Source of the DNA: the human T2T-CHM13v2.0 reference genome, Homo sapiens
Strand: one strand, 5' to 3'
NCBI RefSeq assembly: GCF_009914755.1
Contig: NC_060937.1
DNA: 64,000 nt
The first letter of the stretch is position 1. Each line of letters starts with the position of its first letter. A program made the position numbers and the translations under genes. The notes beneath the pieces are model-generated. The model made no database searches, had not been told where the DNA came from, and worked only from the letters and a program-made list of their open reading frames with translations. Positions 1 through 14,439 of the stretch are shown here, piece after piece.

Positions 1-1387
1 AATAAGTTTTCAGTATTTATGGGTACTGAAAAAAATTGAACTTTAATATTTCACATTGACTATACAAAATACAGTCATTTTGTATTTGGCATACCTTCTG
101 GGTACACCATATTTTCTTTACTTAAATCTCTTAATTGTGTTACCAAATTACTTTTCACAGATTTAAGGACTTTGAAAGAATTGGAAAATATGGCAAAAAT
201 AGGCATGAAACATGGCAGAATTATAATAACATGTAAAATACCTAATTTTTCTTGGAAAAGTTGAGCTATGGGCTGTATAATATGTTTTGGGAAAATATTT
301 GCTTCCAATTAATTTATCGGCCATGTCAAATAGGACAGGATACCTTCTTAATGTATAAAATTATCAAGTTGGAGTATATCATTTTCCCATGGTTTTGCCT
401 CTGAAAAAACTATCAAGTGCTCCTTTTTTTGTAAGAGTGTTTAAAAATATTAAAACACACAGTGAAACTACAATTGCTTAAAATTATTTAACTATTAAAT
501 ATTACTAAAGAAATCATGATGCTAAATTTAGGATACCCATCATAAGATGTGAAGTATAAAAACTGTACCATAAAAGAAAAAATAATCAAAATAGAGAATA
601 AATAAACTACTAGCTATTTTTAAAAATAATTTGTATATTTTTTTGAAAAATTAAGTAAATTTTTTAAAAGAAGAAAAAAGCAGATTATTTTATGTAAAAA
701 AGTCGACATTTGAAATACATTTTTTAAGCTATAATTACACATAGAAAAATACAGATTTAATATAAAGCAATATCTTTTTGTTATTAACTAAATTCAAATC
801 ATATATTTTTATGTTTTAAATAATCTTGGTTGACTTTAAATCTCTATGATGATGCTAATATAAATATTGAAACACTTTATATATGTGTGTGTAACACAAT
901 TGATATTAAAACAAAATTATAAAAGCATGATGTAATAGACACATCTAAACTTATTCCTGTACTCAGTTCATTATCATCTTCCTAAATATGAACTCTATTA
1001 GATTTATCTTATAACTAAAAAATATAGGGATACATATTCATTTTAATTCAATTAATCAGGTCATTTGACATTTCAAAAATAACATAGCTTCAGAATACAG
1101 AATATGCAGAGTATTTTCATATATATAAGAAAATACATATATATAATCATTAAAGCTGGGTGTTGTCTGTCTGATCGTAGCTAGTGGCTGAATTTTACTT
1201 TTTTTTTCCAAAAGAAATCAAAGAAATAAAAATATTTTGGGGCATGTCTGAGACATACTTAAGCCTTGGATGTAAGTTATAAGATAGTCATTTTTTTTGG
1301 AAACCAGTATTTGAACTCATTATGCAACACAATATCCAACAAGTAGTCTGAAAATGTGATTACATACCTGGGCAGTTCTGTAAAATA

Positions 1388-1560
1388 CACTCATTTATTG
1401 AATTTCTACCACATGCTTATTACCATAATAAAATATTTCAACACTGAATGAGAGACATTTTCTATAGACAAAGATCTTAGTGGCAAGATATTAGTATAAA
1501 AGATAATTAAATTGCAGCTTAATGAATGTTATAAAAAGGAGGATAGAGGAAGTTTATGAA
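1388..1560 (-). mobile_element. L2 LINE 3' fragment (ancient)
   Basis: cactcatttattgaatttctac... resembles the reverse complement of the L2 3' terminus; highly diverged. Confidence 0.45.
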
Positions 1561-2622
1561 GGATACTGAGGCACAGATAAGTTAATTATCTTTATTTTTC
1601 CAAAAAACTTCAGTCATACTGAAGAAATAATACTAAATAATTATAAATCAAATGTGTTTCAATAGGAAAGCACATGATCTATATCTATAGTTGAAAGTTT
1701 TCAAAAGAATGCTAGAGGAAATATTGAAATGATAAAATCATTGTTTTTTATCTGCTCTCTTTTTCAAGTAACATTTAACAAATAATTTATATGTACATTG
1801 AGTGGAGAAAAGTGTGGATGCTCATAGCTTTGAGTAAATCAATCACAAACATTGATTTTTAATTAACCTGTCAGTCATTCACCAAAGGGATAATTTGTTT
1901 CATTTAACTTTAACATTTTACTTTCTGTTAATTAAATAATTTAGTAAAGCATAAAGTCTACAGAGATGAACAAAAATAGTGCTACATTTTATAGCAAAGT
2001 TAAGCACAGCTTTATATAAGTTAAATAATCCAGTTGGTTAACTTCACTTGTGAAATCTACTAAATGCCCAACAAACAAAATAATTATGCAAAATTTCTTA
2101 ATAAAAACCTATGAGAACTATTTGATTCTTCTCTCTTTTCTTCTTTGTCTAGATAGCGGTCATGAGGAATTATCTTACAGTCCATTGAAATGCTTATTAT
2201 TAGAGAATCAATATTTGTATTAATGTTTAGCTCTCTGAAGACAGCATGTAGTTTATGTTCCATGCCAGAAAAGAAAGATTCACTTTTTTTTATAAATTTT
2301 GACTGGGTCATCGACAAGAATTATCTATAAATTCCTGGAGTCCAATGGGGGAAAATACCCCACATTAAAGTTGTATTAAATTGCTTTACATTAAGATCTT
2401 TAGATGTCATATTATATTACTGAAAATTTGAAAATAATAACACTTATGAATTGAAGTCATAATTCAAAAAGTAGTTGAAAAAATTCAAATGATGTATAGA
2501 AATATATATGTATGTATTATGTATCTGTGTGTAATATGTACATATATACATACCTACATCTAAATGATATATATCTCATATAGATCTGATATATATATCA
2601 TTATATCTCAAATATGTGAGAT

Positions 2623-2648
2623 TATATATATATATATATATATATATA
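2623..2648. repeat. (TA)n microsatellite
   Basis: Uninterrupted TA run. Confidence 0.95.
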
Positions 2649-2919
2649 ATATGACTTAGAAACAAGAACACCATGCATGCTTGGTTCTGGTATAGTACAA
2701 AGATGATAAATAATTTCAGTAGCTTATAAAAAATTGATAAATGAAAACATCATTTCTTCTACATTATTTATTATTGTTATAGAAAATATACTCACAAATA
2801 TTACTTAAATTAATTTGCTACATGCCAGGACCTAATTCGTTATGATTTGTTGATGTTGCATTTATGAAATGAGAATATCGCCTGATCTTTTCAAAGCTTT
2901 GGAAACATACAAGAAAACT

Positions 2920-3110
2920 TTGGGTTTTTGAGTCAGAGACCTGGGTTGGAATATTGATTCTGTTCACTAATACTCTTATAACCTTGAACCATTTAACCAA
3001 TATTTTCAGATCTTTAAATAAAAAATAGAAGCATTCACTTTTTAGAGTTGTCATGAAAATTAAATTAGACACATCTGTAAAATACCCTAGTCCACTGCAG
3101 GCACTCCTAT
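2920..3110 (+). mobile_element. MIR SINE
   Basis: gagtcagagacctgggttggaat...gttgtcatgaaaattaaattagac follows the MIR consensus (GGAGTCAGACAGACCTGGGTTCGAATCC...GTTGTTGTGAGGATTAAATGAGAT). Confidence 0.75.
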
Positions 3111-3642
3111 GTGAGTTTCTTTTTATTTTCAAAGAATAATTGAATTCTACATATGATCAAATGCTTAGTTGTGAAAGCTTTTGTTTTCTAAGTGAAGAAA
3201 CATTATAGAAACTTAATTGTAATATTGTTGACTTTTACATGCATTACATTTATTTTTATATGTACGCTTTGTATTAATAAATTCATGTGGTAGGTCGAGA
3301 GAATAGTCATGACATTTTGACATTTTAATAATCAAGCTCCTTATACTATCTTTACCACTTGAATATTACAGAACCTTGAGAAAAATTACACACATTTAAT
3401 TAGAATGTCTGAAAAATGCCGATAGCAACCTGTCTTACGATGTAATCATATGAACTTATTTAATACCCATTGTAAAATAATAATATAAAAATACCAAATG
3501 TAAGCATTTTTGAGAAATGTAATATTCTCTTTGTCTTCAACCTAAAATAATTGAATTTAAATTATGATTTTGGTGGATTTTACTTAATAATTTCATATCT
3601 ATCTCTATTAAAATTTCTATATCTACGTCAATATTGGCATCA

Positions 3643-3716
3643 AGATATATATATATAGACAAATGTACTATCTATATATATATAGACAGATGTTATATAT
3701 ATATAGACAGATATAC
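3643..3716. repeat. Imperfect tandem repeat, three units of (TA)n-GACA(G/A)AT
   Basis: tatatatatagacaaatg / tatatatatagacagatg / tatatatatagacagata. Confidence 0.8.
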
Positions 3717-4471
3717 TCTCATATGAAAACCATTCACCGTTTGGTCATTCTTAAACTTTTGTTATAATAAAAATTTATACTTAGGTTTATAATTGACTAG
3801 TCAATCTAAAATAGATTTTAAAAATATTTCTCTTTAAAATAGGACTACTAAGATAGTGGTATGTGTCAAACAAATTTTATAGATCACCTCATCAAAATAT
3901 TATATATACATTTATATTACATTTCATATTAAATATCAAAAATCATACAAAATACTAAAGGTTTATATGTTACATTATTTCAAACTAATTTGATGAGATT
4001 ATATCATATGAGATTTTTTAAATAAAGGTAATGAAATGTAAATATGTTCAGTACTGTACACACAGATTTCTTTTTTCTAAATAATTATTATTATTCTTGA
4101 ATACTGGACAGCATACTTGATAGTAAAATACAGATATATATTCTATTTGTGAAATTTGTCATAATTAGGTAGCTGAGAAGTAATAACTTTTTCATTTCCT
4201 TAATGTGCTTTCAGTTTAGAGAGAAATACAGGTCTTTAAAACTGTGAGAAATTAGTATGTGATAAGTTATAATCTAAGAGAGCTATGCAAAAACATTTAT
4301 GAATGCTGGCTTATAAATATCAGAATAATGAAACACCAAGTTAACTAAAATGCAGTTTCCATTCATTGCCTATTTTATTTTATTCTATTACATGAAGCAG
4401 CTCACTAATCACTAAGCATTGCAAAACATTATTTAATTGTTCTCTATTATTATGCCATTCTGATAAGAAAA

Positions 4472-4760
4472 TTTTATTCAATAATTGAACAATCATTTTC
4501 AAGTGTTTATGAGTGCTTCAGAAAATACAAGTAATATATACTTCCTCAACTTAAAGGAGTCCATTAGTGATATAGATACAAACCAAACTAACGCTACTGC
4601 AGAGAAGAAAGAATAAATTCAAGGGAAATAGAAATAACCTATACAGCAGCACAGGAATGGAAGAAATTAATTTCCACAGAAATCGGGCAATCAGTTTCAA
4701 ACTTAAAAGCTCAGTTATAAAATGAGTTAAGGAAAAACTGGATAAGGCCAGCTAGCCTCA
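4472..4760 (-). mobile_element. L2 LINE fragment
   Basis: ttattcaataattgaacaatcatt...gtgcttcagaaaatacaag resembles the reverse L2 3' end. Confidence 0.4.
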
Positions 4761-5245
4761 TTAACATTTCATTTCACAGTGAATACTCTAAGAACTTCAT
4801 CCCCTTTACATAATGGTACATAACTTCATGGGTTTTGTGACTTTTTCTGTATCTCCACAGGAATTTTGGTGTAAACTTGAAGAAGCTACAAGTACTATTA
4901 GCCTGAAGCCATGTTAAATTAATATTTGCTGGTACTTCAAATAAATATAGTAATGAAATCATCTTTGTCCTTTCAGCTAACCATACAACTTCCATCTTCA
5001 TTTAGCTATTAAAATATCAGATCAGAAATAAACTAGACATATTGGTGAATCTATTCACTGTCACTAATCTCTTTTTTTCCTTCCATTGCCCCCCTCCCCA
5101 CACTGTTCCTATTCCAGTTTGAGATAATGACAATGTCCTTTGTAAGAAATCTGTTTAGTAAAATTTAATAAAGACAGTTTGCATTTTTTTTTGGATGACA
5201 TTACTGGTTACCAGGTTGAACCGAGTTCCCCCATCTACCTTCCAA

Positions 5246-5256
5246 GCGCGCGTGCG

Positions 5257-5300
<44 letters not shown>
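5246..5300. repeat. (GC)n/(CA)n alternating purine-pyrimidine microsatellite
   Basis: gcgcgcgtgcgcacgc(ac)n atataca. Confidence 0.95.
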
Positions 5301-6409
5301 AATGCTAGATTAAATGTGAGAAAACTATCTTAGATATTTATTTCGCTAAGCTTGAAACCAAAACAGAAAATGAATAACTGGGACAGAAGACATAATAAAC
5401 TTAAATTCAGATGGAAGAGCTGAAGGTGAAACCCTCATGGTTCCTGAGAGTACTATACATAACAAATGAAGGATGACAGGGTTGTGCAATCTAAAGGAAG
5501 TAGTGTAAAATTTCTATTATTGCATTGTTTCTTTTAGTAAAGGCACTACTTTTGTAGGCTGTCCAGAAATAGCATCCCATCATCTTTTTCATCAACACCA
5601 TTTAATAATCATCCACCGGACTGTATTTCTAATACTCGTCAAATACTTCAGATTCTACTTCCTCCTCGTCATATATTAGGTTAGTTTCCTTTGCTCTATT
5701 TAAAAAACCATGTCTAATTTGTATTGTTTCAGATTTTCTTTCTTCCATAGAATTATCTCCTTGGCCATCGTAAATTCATAAAATATAAGTTTGAGCTAAA
5801 TTTAATGTTATTCCTATTTCTTTGTTTTACATGGCTCTGGATTAACGCTTAAATAAATCTCATACCTTTTAACCAGCACATAACATCACTCACAATCTCA
5901 TCCTTTCTCACTTTTCCAGATTTCCTACATTCTTCTTGAATTTTCTTCCCAGCTATGTCCATATACTTTAGTTTGACAACTGTAATCTTCTTCGTTCCTC
6001 TGTGCTCCATTACCATTAGAATTCCCACTTTTATGACTTCATTTTGTTTACACTTCTCTCCTCGTACTTAAGGATTTTTCAAGCATTCCTGCTCATTAGG
6101 AGACTCCTCTCTTGGCAACCAATTCCCCTTTCCTGCTTCTATAATGTGTCCTCCATGGTATGAACACCATTATTATAAAATGTACAGAGCTGAATCATAG
6201 CTGCCTACTTTTATGGCCTTCGTCCCCAAGTTGTTACTATACCTACTGATGCAATGTAGATACTCCATAGATATTTGTTGAATTAGTAGATGAATTGCAT
6301 TGTTCTGGGCTCTTTTGGGAGGACACCAGTTCATTTATTCTTTCTGGATCTGAGTTTATTAATGGGCTGATTATAGAAGATTGAATTTATTAATTGTTAT
6401 GGCCCTTGT

Positions 6410-6880
6410 ACAGTCCTTAAAATGGCCTACAAAGCCCTCCAACGTCTGATCCCATCACTTCTCTGACCTCATTCTCTCTTCATCTCTCCCACTGTTTCAG
6501 CAAGGCTAGCTTTTTGCTGCTGGTCAAATATACACAGCATGAATCCAACTTAGGACCTACTTTTTCAGGCCTGGATGCTCTCTCATGTTAACCACATGGC
6601 AAACTCCTCATATCATTGTTCTAGACCTTCTCATTGAAATGTACTTTAAAAACTAATATATTTTATAAGCAATACATAGAATAGAATATCTATTCTAAAG
6701 ACTCCAATTTTATTTTTTTTCTGCCACCTTTCCCTTTGTAACATTTTGTTTACTATTTATTATATTTACTGACTGTTATCTAACTGGAAAGTCACTTATG
6801 AAGACAGAAAGTTTTGTACAAGAATATATTTCAGGTGCTCAGAAAAGTTATCATATCAATAATTATGTGTTGACAACATG
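6410..6880 (+). mobile_element. L2a-like LINE 3' portion
   Basis: atggcctacaaagccctcc...cttctctgacctcatt...gcctggatgctctc...caataattatgtgttgac tracks the L2 3' consensus. Confidence 0.7.
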
Positions 6881-6951
6881 AACGCAAGTAATTTATAATT
6901 CTAGAAATAAAGCCAAAATTTTAGGCTGCATTTCAAACATTCTATAATCAG

Positions 6952-7095
6952 TTTGAAAACCATCGGGAACAATGTTCACTATTTGGATGATGGGTACACC
7001 GGAAGCCCAAACCTCACCATTGCACAATGTACTCATGTAGCAAACCTGCATCTGAACCCCCTGAATCTAAAAGAAAATAAAATACAACTTAAAAA
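6952..7095 (+). mobile_element. L1PB/L1MA-type LINE-1 3' end with A-rich tail
   Basis: aatgttcactatttggatgatgggtacacc...aaacctgcatctgaaccccctgaatctaaaa is a typical L1PB 3' UTR terminus. Confidence 0.8.
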
Positions 7096-9075
7096 GACAG
7101 AAACAAAACAATTTTTTAGTCTCATTCATACTATTTTTATTTAAAAACATCACACCCCATCCTCTGCTGATGTTAGAAGAGCCGGCAATGAAGAAAGTAT
7201 ACTCACTGTGTTCCAAAAAACTTTTTTATATTTTCACTGTTGTATATGGCTTTGCTCAATTTGTCTACCTAGAACTCTGTTTTCCCTACCTTCTAAACAT
7301 AGAATTAATTATGTCTTTAATGTCTATCTAGTGTCTAATCCAAATTAGAATGAGAAAAATCTTCCTTATCTCCTTAGTTGTAAGTTATTTATCCTTATGC
7401 AAAGTTACTAGCATCATATACTATATTTGATTTTTAATAACTAAAGCTAAATTCAAGTTATTATTTGAGTGATTATGGGTTATCTTATTACCTACATTAC
7501 AACTTTTTTGATATGTAACATGCATATGTACATGTATTACTTTATATATACATGCATGTATATGTGTATTTATATACACATATATGCACACTACACATTC
7601 ATATACAGTTTGAATTGTTTTTGTTTTCCATAATTATAATCACAAAATAGACTCAATAACTATCTGAAAGTAACTTAAGGCACTATGCAAAAGACACTAA
7701 ATTGTATGCACCACTTAATTAATCCACAAGAAAGCACTCTTTTTCATTAGCTTTTAGAATTTGATTGCCAAATAAAAATATGTAATTTTTGGTTCTCTCT
7801 ATGGGATAGGAAGAACAAGAAAATTATTTCTTGAAATGAGTTAGATATAATTAGGAGGCTGCTAATTATATTCTATTTTAATGACTGCTAATCAAGGATC
7901 CACTAAACCTCAGTAAGTTCATATGGAAGGTTAATGGCAAGAGAAATGATTTCGATTTATTTCCCAATTCAAGCTGAAAAGTCAGAATAAGTTGTCCTGT
8001 CCTCTGGTGATTGATGGAGCAAATGTTCCAGCAACAATTCTTACAGCATATTAATGATACAATGAATTCAGAGTATTTTATTTTATCTCAAAATTGCATC
8101 TAGAAACTTCTTAACAATCATCATTTTAAAATAAAAACATTTTCATTCTAATCACATGCTTATACAGGATTCTATTAAAACAGAGCCCTCTAGTTGTCTT
8201 AGTAGAGCAGATGGCAAAGTATGTCTCAGGGCTATATGCCTAACGTGTTGTCTACTGACTTCCCAAATGAAGAAAAACCCACACTCACCACAGATCAAAC
8301 CTGATTCTCAAGGAGGATTTGTAGTAAATGCTCTTTTTATTATTATCTCCTCTATCCTACTTTTACCCACTAAATCTCAGACAAGTCTTACATGCATTAA
8401 CTAAAGATAATAATTTTCCCCAAAGTTATTACTTAGGAAATAGAGATACTTTTGAGTCTTCACAAATGTTATAAATTCAGGTGGACGGGTCTAATTCAAT
8501 TACTTGTTTTCAAGAAACTATTCTTTGGAGAAGACACCTCTCTTTCCATCTACTGAGACTATTCTTTCCCTAGATATCTTCACTGATATTTTTTCAGATA
8601 TGTAGCCAGGTATCATTTTAATACACAAGTTTTTCTTTATGTGTATGAATTACAAATACAAAATAGTATTTCTGGCTTTATGTTTATCTTAAATAACTCT
8701 AAGACCTCATTTCTTACACGGTTTTCTTATAAGAGAGATCCATAGTTTTCATTTCCCGTGTTAGTACTTTGAGTACCTTGTGTAAATCTAGCTGACATTG
8801 TTATTGCTTTATTGTTATAAATGAGACAGGGGAATTATCAATATTTTATATGGCTCAATTCCATGAATGTCAGGCATTATCAGATGTAGACAATGTCTGA
8901 TAAGTCACAGGAAAGGAGCTCATTTAATGAACTACTCTAAATAAGAGCCAAACTTGTAGGGTGAGCTAGTATAATAAATACCACAGTTACAAAATTATGT
9001 GGAGTTGTAGTTCTGGTTTAAGGAAACAAGAGCAAGATGTAAGCTTGGATAGAGACCGAAAAGAAAGAGAAGGGG

Positions 9076-9650
9076 TGTATTAGTTTTCTATTGCTGTTTA
9101 ACAAATCAATAAACTAGCAACTAAAAACAACACAAATTTACAAGTTCAAAGTATGTAGGTCAGAAATCCAGGTGAAATATTACTGGATTCTCAGCTTAGT
9201 CTATCATCAAGTTGAAATCAATATGTTAGCTAGATTGATTTCAAGTCTGAAGGTTGCAGGAAAAAAGACACTTTCAAGTCTATTTGGTCATTGGCTGAAT
9301 TCAAATCTTAGCAGGGCATAGAACTGAGACCTCTGTTTCCTTACTGGCTGTCATCTGAGAACTGCTTTCACTCCCAGCAGCTATCCAAATTCTGTATAAC
9401 ATGGTCCATTGCTTCTTTGAAGCCAGAAATAGACGGTTTCTTGCATGAACCCAACTTACACTTCAAAACTTTGACTTCAAGATGACTTCAGCCACTTTTA
9501 AGAGCTTACCCTTTTAGGTCAGGCTCAACCCAGATAATCTTCTTACATTCAACTGTGTTATACAAATTACCTAATTACAGGAGGGAGTGAAACTCATCAT
9601 GTATACATATAATCTAAAGGACTATATAGGGTGATGAGATTTGTGGAAGA
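9076..9650 (-). mobile_element. MLT1 (MLT1D/E-like) MaLR LTR
   Basis: Begins tgtattagttttctattgctg...aaaacaacacaaattta...gtaggtcagaaatcc, the reverse complement of the MLT1 3' end. Confidence 0.75.
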
Positions 9651-10377
9651 TCAAACTAGTGCTAAAGGTAAATGGCCACATTATAATTCATGGATAAAAT
9701 CTAATGTAATTCTGATACAGGAGTGCATGCAAAAAGTTTACAGTAGAGCAGATGTATCTAGTAGAGATTAATAAGAAACAACACTTATTCAAAACAAAAC
9801 ATTTTTTTTTATTTTTCTGACTTTGGACCAACAATGAAGTCTTCATAAAAACACTAAGCACAAATTTAGAAAATTCTACTTGCTTTTTAAAGCTGTAATG
9901 AAACTACATAATTAGTAAAAATTAAGTTTAAGAGAGTATTTAGTACATATTTTTGCTTTTGCTTAATCAGTATAAAGGAATGCAAATTATGCACATTTGG
10001 ATTAATAACATGAACACAATTTCGAAAGAAATTTTACCTAGGCGGACAAAATTGTTTACAGACATTGAACACTTTGTTTAACCATTTATGTTAAGGTGGT
10101 TAAGGAAAACAAAAGATATGCCTATTTATATACAGTGTAAAAAACAATGGTTTAGAGTATTTTAAGAGAAATATAAAATATAAAACGTAGGGCTGTTTAG
10201 TATAATTTTCTTGAGGAACCAGGCACAATGTTTCATCACACAAAAATTTTGGACAACTACTCTTGATATAACTGGTAATATTACTAATCTCCAGTACAGC
10301 CGTGAAAAATACACAATTTCTATTCTAGTAGAGGACACAGATAATAAATGAGAAATAAAATGGTGTTATTTTAAACC

Positions 10378-10540
10378 AAAATGCCATAGAAGGAGCAAGT
10401 GCAAAGTAACAAATTTGAGGGACTGCTATTTTAAGTAGCCTTGCCAAGAAAGTCCTCCATGGCGGTGTTGGAGCAGAGATCTGAAAGAGGCGAGGCAATG
10501 AGCCATGTGAGTATCTGCGGGAAAAACATTCCAGATAGAC
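10378..10540 (-). mobile_element. L2 LINE fragment
   Basis: ttggagcagagatctgaaagaggcgaggcaatgagccatgtgagtatctgcgggaaaaacattccag matches reverse L2a. Confidence 0.65.
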
Positions 10541-10720
10541 TCTTTCATATTGGAGAGAGTTTCTCAATGTAAACACAACGAAATCATTAACAAAGTCAAT
10601 ATTTCTTATTAAAATTAATTGTTCCAAATCTAATATTAAATTAAAATACGCAACATCCATAACAGAATCATTGTGTTTTGTTATCGGCTGTACTCCCAGT
10701 GCATGTAAGTGTGTCTTTCA

Positions 10721-11054
<334 letters not shown>

Positions 11055-11924
11055 TACTTGGTGAGGGAATAAATATTGACTTTCAAGAGTTCAATGTTAG
11101 ATGTAAGCCAATGTATTTTTCAAATGAAAATAGTTTTCTTAGCAAACTGAGTTATCATTTTTGAGACTGCTATAAGCAGCAAGTTTTAAAACACCAAACT
11201 GTTAATGGCATTCACTGGGGGAAAGGGTCTCTAATATGCTCAAGTTGTACTAAAGCATTTATTTGGAGAGTTGGTCAAGTAGTTTGGTGATCTTGTCTAC
11301 AATCTAGGATTTCTCTCGCTTTTCCTAATGCATCGGTGATGTCCTATTACTGTTTGCCAGATGCCTGCATCATGTCAAGCATCTTGTAATCACATGGCAA
11401 AGTGCTGAGGAATAGGGAGGGCACATGCACTTTGCACCTTATACTTTTTATTAGTGAGCAACATCATGACCATAAATTCCCTAGAAAAACAATCTAGTTG
11501 GAAAGATAATCCCACACTACTAACTTCTTCCTGCTCTGCTAGGTATAATATGGCACAGGAAAGTATGTATCTCAAACTCTTAGTCTCTACCTTAAAAATA
11601 GGTTCTGACAGAAGAACTAAGAGGAGTAAGACTGTTGTGTATGTTACCAGTACTGATTGACAGACTATTATTATAGGACTAGTGCGCTATGATGTGTTGT
11701 TTAAACCAGTTCAATCTAGGAGCACAGTCATTGCATGTGCACTGCACTAGAATTAATAAAACAATTTCAGACAAGTATGTAAAATCCATTGCATTATTAC
11801 AAAAACTCTTTTGTTTTTATGCATTAAAACTTTCTGAAAATATATATAAGATGATGTGGTTATTTCTAGACATCAGAACTGAGTAAGAATGAGGAGATTT
11901 TAATTATTGTATTACTTTTAGACA

Positions 11925-11955
11925 TGTGTGTGAGTGTGTGTGTGTGTGTGTGCGC
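11925..11955. repeat. (TG)n microsatellite
   Basis: TG run with one interruption. Confidence 0.9.
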
Positions 11956-11962
11956 AAGGGGG

Positions 11963-12210
11963 GTTGGTGGTTATAGCTTGCATTGTTGTTTCAAATCATT
12001 TGCTCCTTCTTCCAAGAAGAAAGACTGTATACCTCCTTACCCCATGTGACTTGCGTGTCTCCCTACAAGAGGAGTACTCTATACCTGCTCTGCAACTTGC
12101 TTTGGTTCAAACAATATGTGCTGGAACGATATGTGCCAGTCCTGATTAGATACTTAAGAACACGTGTGTATTTCCAACAGTATTCTTGTTGTTTTCTCTC
12201 TTGCAGAATA
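11963..12210 (+). mobile_element. MLT1H/I-like MaLR LTR 5' part
   Basis: ccatgtgacttg...acttgctttggttcaaacaatatgtgctggaacgatatgtgcca resembles the MLT1H/I ACTTGCTTTGGCCAATGGAATGTG motif. Confidence 0.6.
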
Positions 12211-13159
12211 AAATAGGGTGTTAAATTAGGGATGGCAATCAGGCTGGGTTCGCAAATGAGGACACACCTAGGTCAAGAGCAAAGTCACTGCTGGCCCACC
12301 ATAAAGTGATAACATGACATCATAAACATTAAAGTGTTGGAGTAATTTGTGACTCTGGCCTTACCTTACAAAATCTGGCTAAAACATGTTAATAGTAACA
12401 TTCAGGTGAAATTGAACCTCAGAATTTTTGTGAATTATTAAAGGTATGATTAAAATTGATATTTTATTCAAAACTTTTTGAGACATAGCAAATAGCATAT
12501 AGTATTCAATTAAATAAATATTTAGACATATATGACAGACAATACAATTTGTTCTTTGGATCATATAAGTATCTATCAACACAGAATAGAATAATTTGGT
12601 TATTCTATAATTCAACATATTTTACCCATATTGTTGAAGTAACAAACTTCAACTTTGTTATTCTGAAAATCCCAAAATGGCATTGAAATTCATATAAAAC
12701 TTTAATTTTCAGAGTGTTACAATTCACCAGAGATTAGGATGCTAAAAATGCTAATAAGTAGATGATGTCAGTTATTGAAGAAACCTAGAGGTAGGTCCAG
12801 ATAGTCTGATTGAAGTCATAAAGTTTAAGGAATTTCCCAAATGAAAGGCTTTTGGTAGGTAGCACAGGCATTTTGACAGGCTTATTGTAAAGGGCTCTCA
12901 TGTTTTCTGTCTCTCACAACACCAGAAATACTTTCAACCGCGATTCTATTTTCCTGACACATTTCAAATAAAATACAGGTGTGTAAAACATTCCACAAAA
13001 TAAATAGTATAAGACCGTAGTTACGGTGGAGGATTCATAAAACAAAGATATTCTTGCCCAGTAACAAATGATTTTTTAAATGCAAAAGTTTTATACTTCA
13101 GAAGACATGATAAAGAATATTTAGCCCATTACTCCAACTATATTATCCTTAAGACCAAG

Positions 13160-13500
13160 AATAAATAATAAAATATAAATGTTTCCTAGGTATTACTATG
13201 TGTCAAGTGATGAGCTCATCTTTTTTACATATGTCATGTATTCCTCATAATAACTATATCAAGTATTCCTCACATACTCACTGATACATATACTGCATGG
13301 AGTAACCACTATTATTATCAGGGTAGGATTATAAATGTGATGTAAATGGCATTCCCCTGACTTGGGGGCAAGTTGCTTGGGTAGAAGTGGTTCTGGCTAT
13401 TATTACCACTTTTTCAGAAGAGCAAAAAGAAATTTAGAGATACACAGGGTCACTTATTTAAGTACAAAAGTATAGTAAGGGAAAAAACAGCATTTTAATC
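13160..13500 (-). mobile_element. MIR SINE, interrupted by an ~130 bp insert
   Basis: tattcctcataataactat ... ctattattaccactttttcagaagagcaaaaagaaatttagaga is the reverse MIR core. Confidence 0.55.
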
Positions 13501-14439
13501 AGTCAATCTCTTTTGTAGAAGGCTTCTAAAAATTTTGCTATCTATAAATCTCATACAAAAATTATTTATAAGGAAAATCAGATGTAAAATACAAAAAAGA
13601 AAAAAAATTGGTAGTTTGTATGATTCAATTAAAATCAGGTTGGTTATATGTAACAATATATGTATTTATATTATTTTTAATTTGATAATTTACTTTCATA
13701 TATTGAATATTAAACCCTAGAAAATAATAAAATGTACATTCAAAAGTTAAGAACAATTTATAGCAATGAATATTAGAGGGATCTTGATAGCTTAGAACTT
13801 GATAATACTATAATTATATTTGACAAAAGGAAGTCAAAATCTTATTCATTTATAAAATTTTTGTACAGTCTTTGAGAATGAGAGTAGTAGTTCATTCTCA
13901 TGACTATAGCTTGATATATATAAAGCTCTACAGATAGAAAAATATATATCTCATAATTCATAGGTCTTATATATATTTTATGACCTATTACTTGATATGT
14001 TTACTCAAGCAATATATCAATTTGTTACGTGTTATATATCTTATAAATAGTATATGTAATTATTAATATTATATATACACAAATCCCCTTTTATTTTGCT
14101 ACAATGGAACTCTCTTTTCAACTATTTCTATTGTGTACTGCTTACCCGATCTCCATCACTATGTACTCTAGAATCTTGACTAAAATTGTCAGGTGGAGTC
14201 CAAAACTGTATTATAAATTTACAATCCTCTACATTAATCTTTTGGGTATTTTATATTTTAATTTAGTAATATTACGCTTTATAAGTTATGATATTTATGT
14301 GTTAGAAAATTAAAATGATGTTAATAGTCATATAAAGAAAAGTCTCCCTTATGCTTGAGAGCTCTAGTCTCCTTCATGGAGGAAATATATATTTTTTAAT
14401 TAAAGTGAAGACTTAACACTAACTTAGTTTGTAAACCAA

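Noticed and set aside
11190-11660. Possible MLT1J/K/L-type LTR (also 42740-43300)
   Set aside because: Resemblance too weak to call by eye
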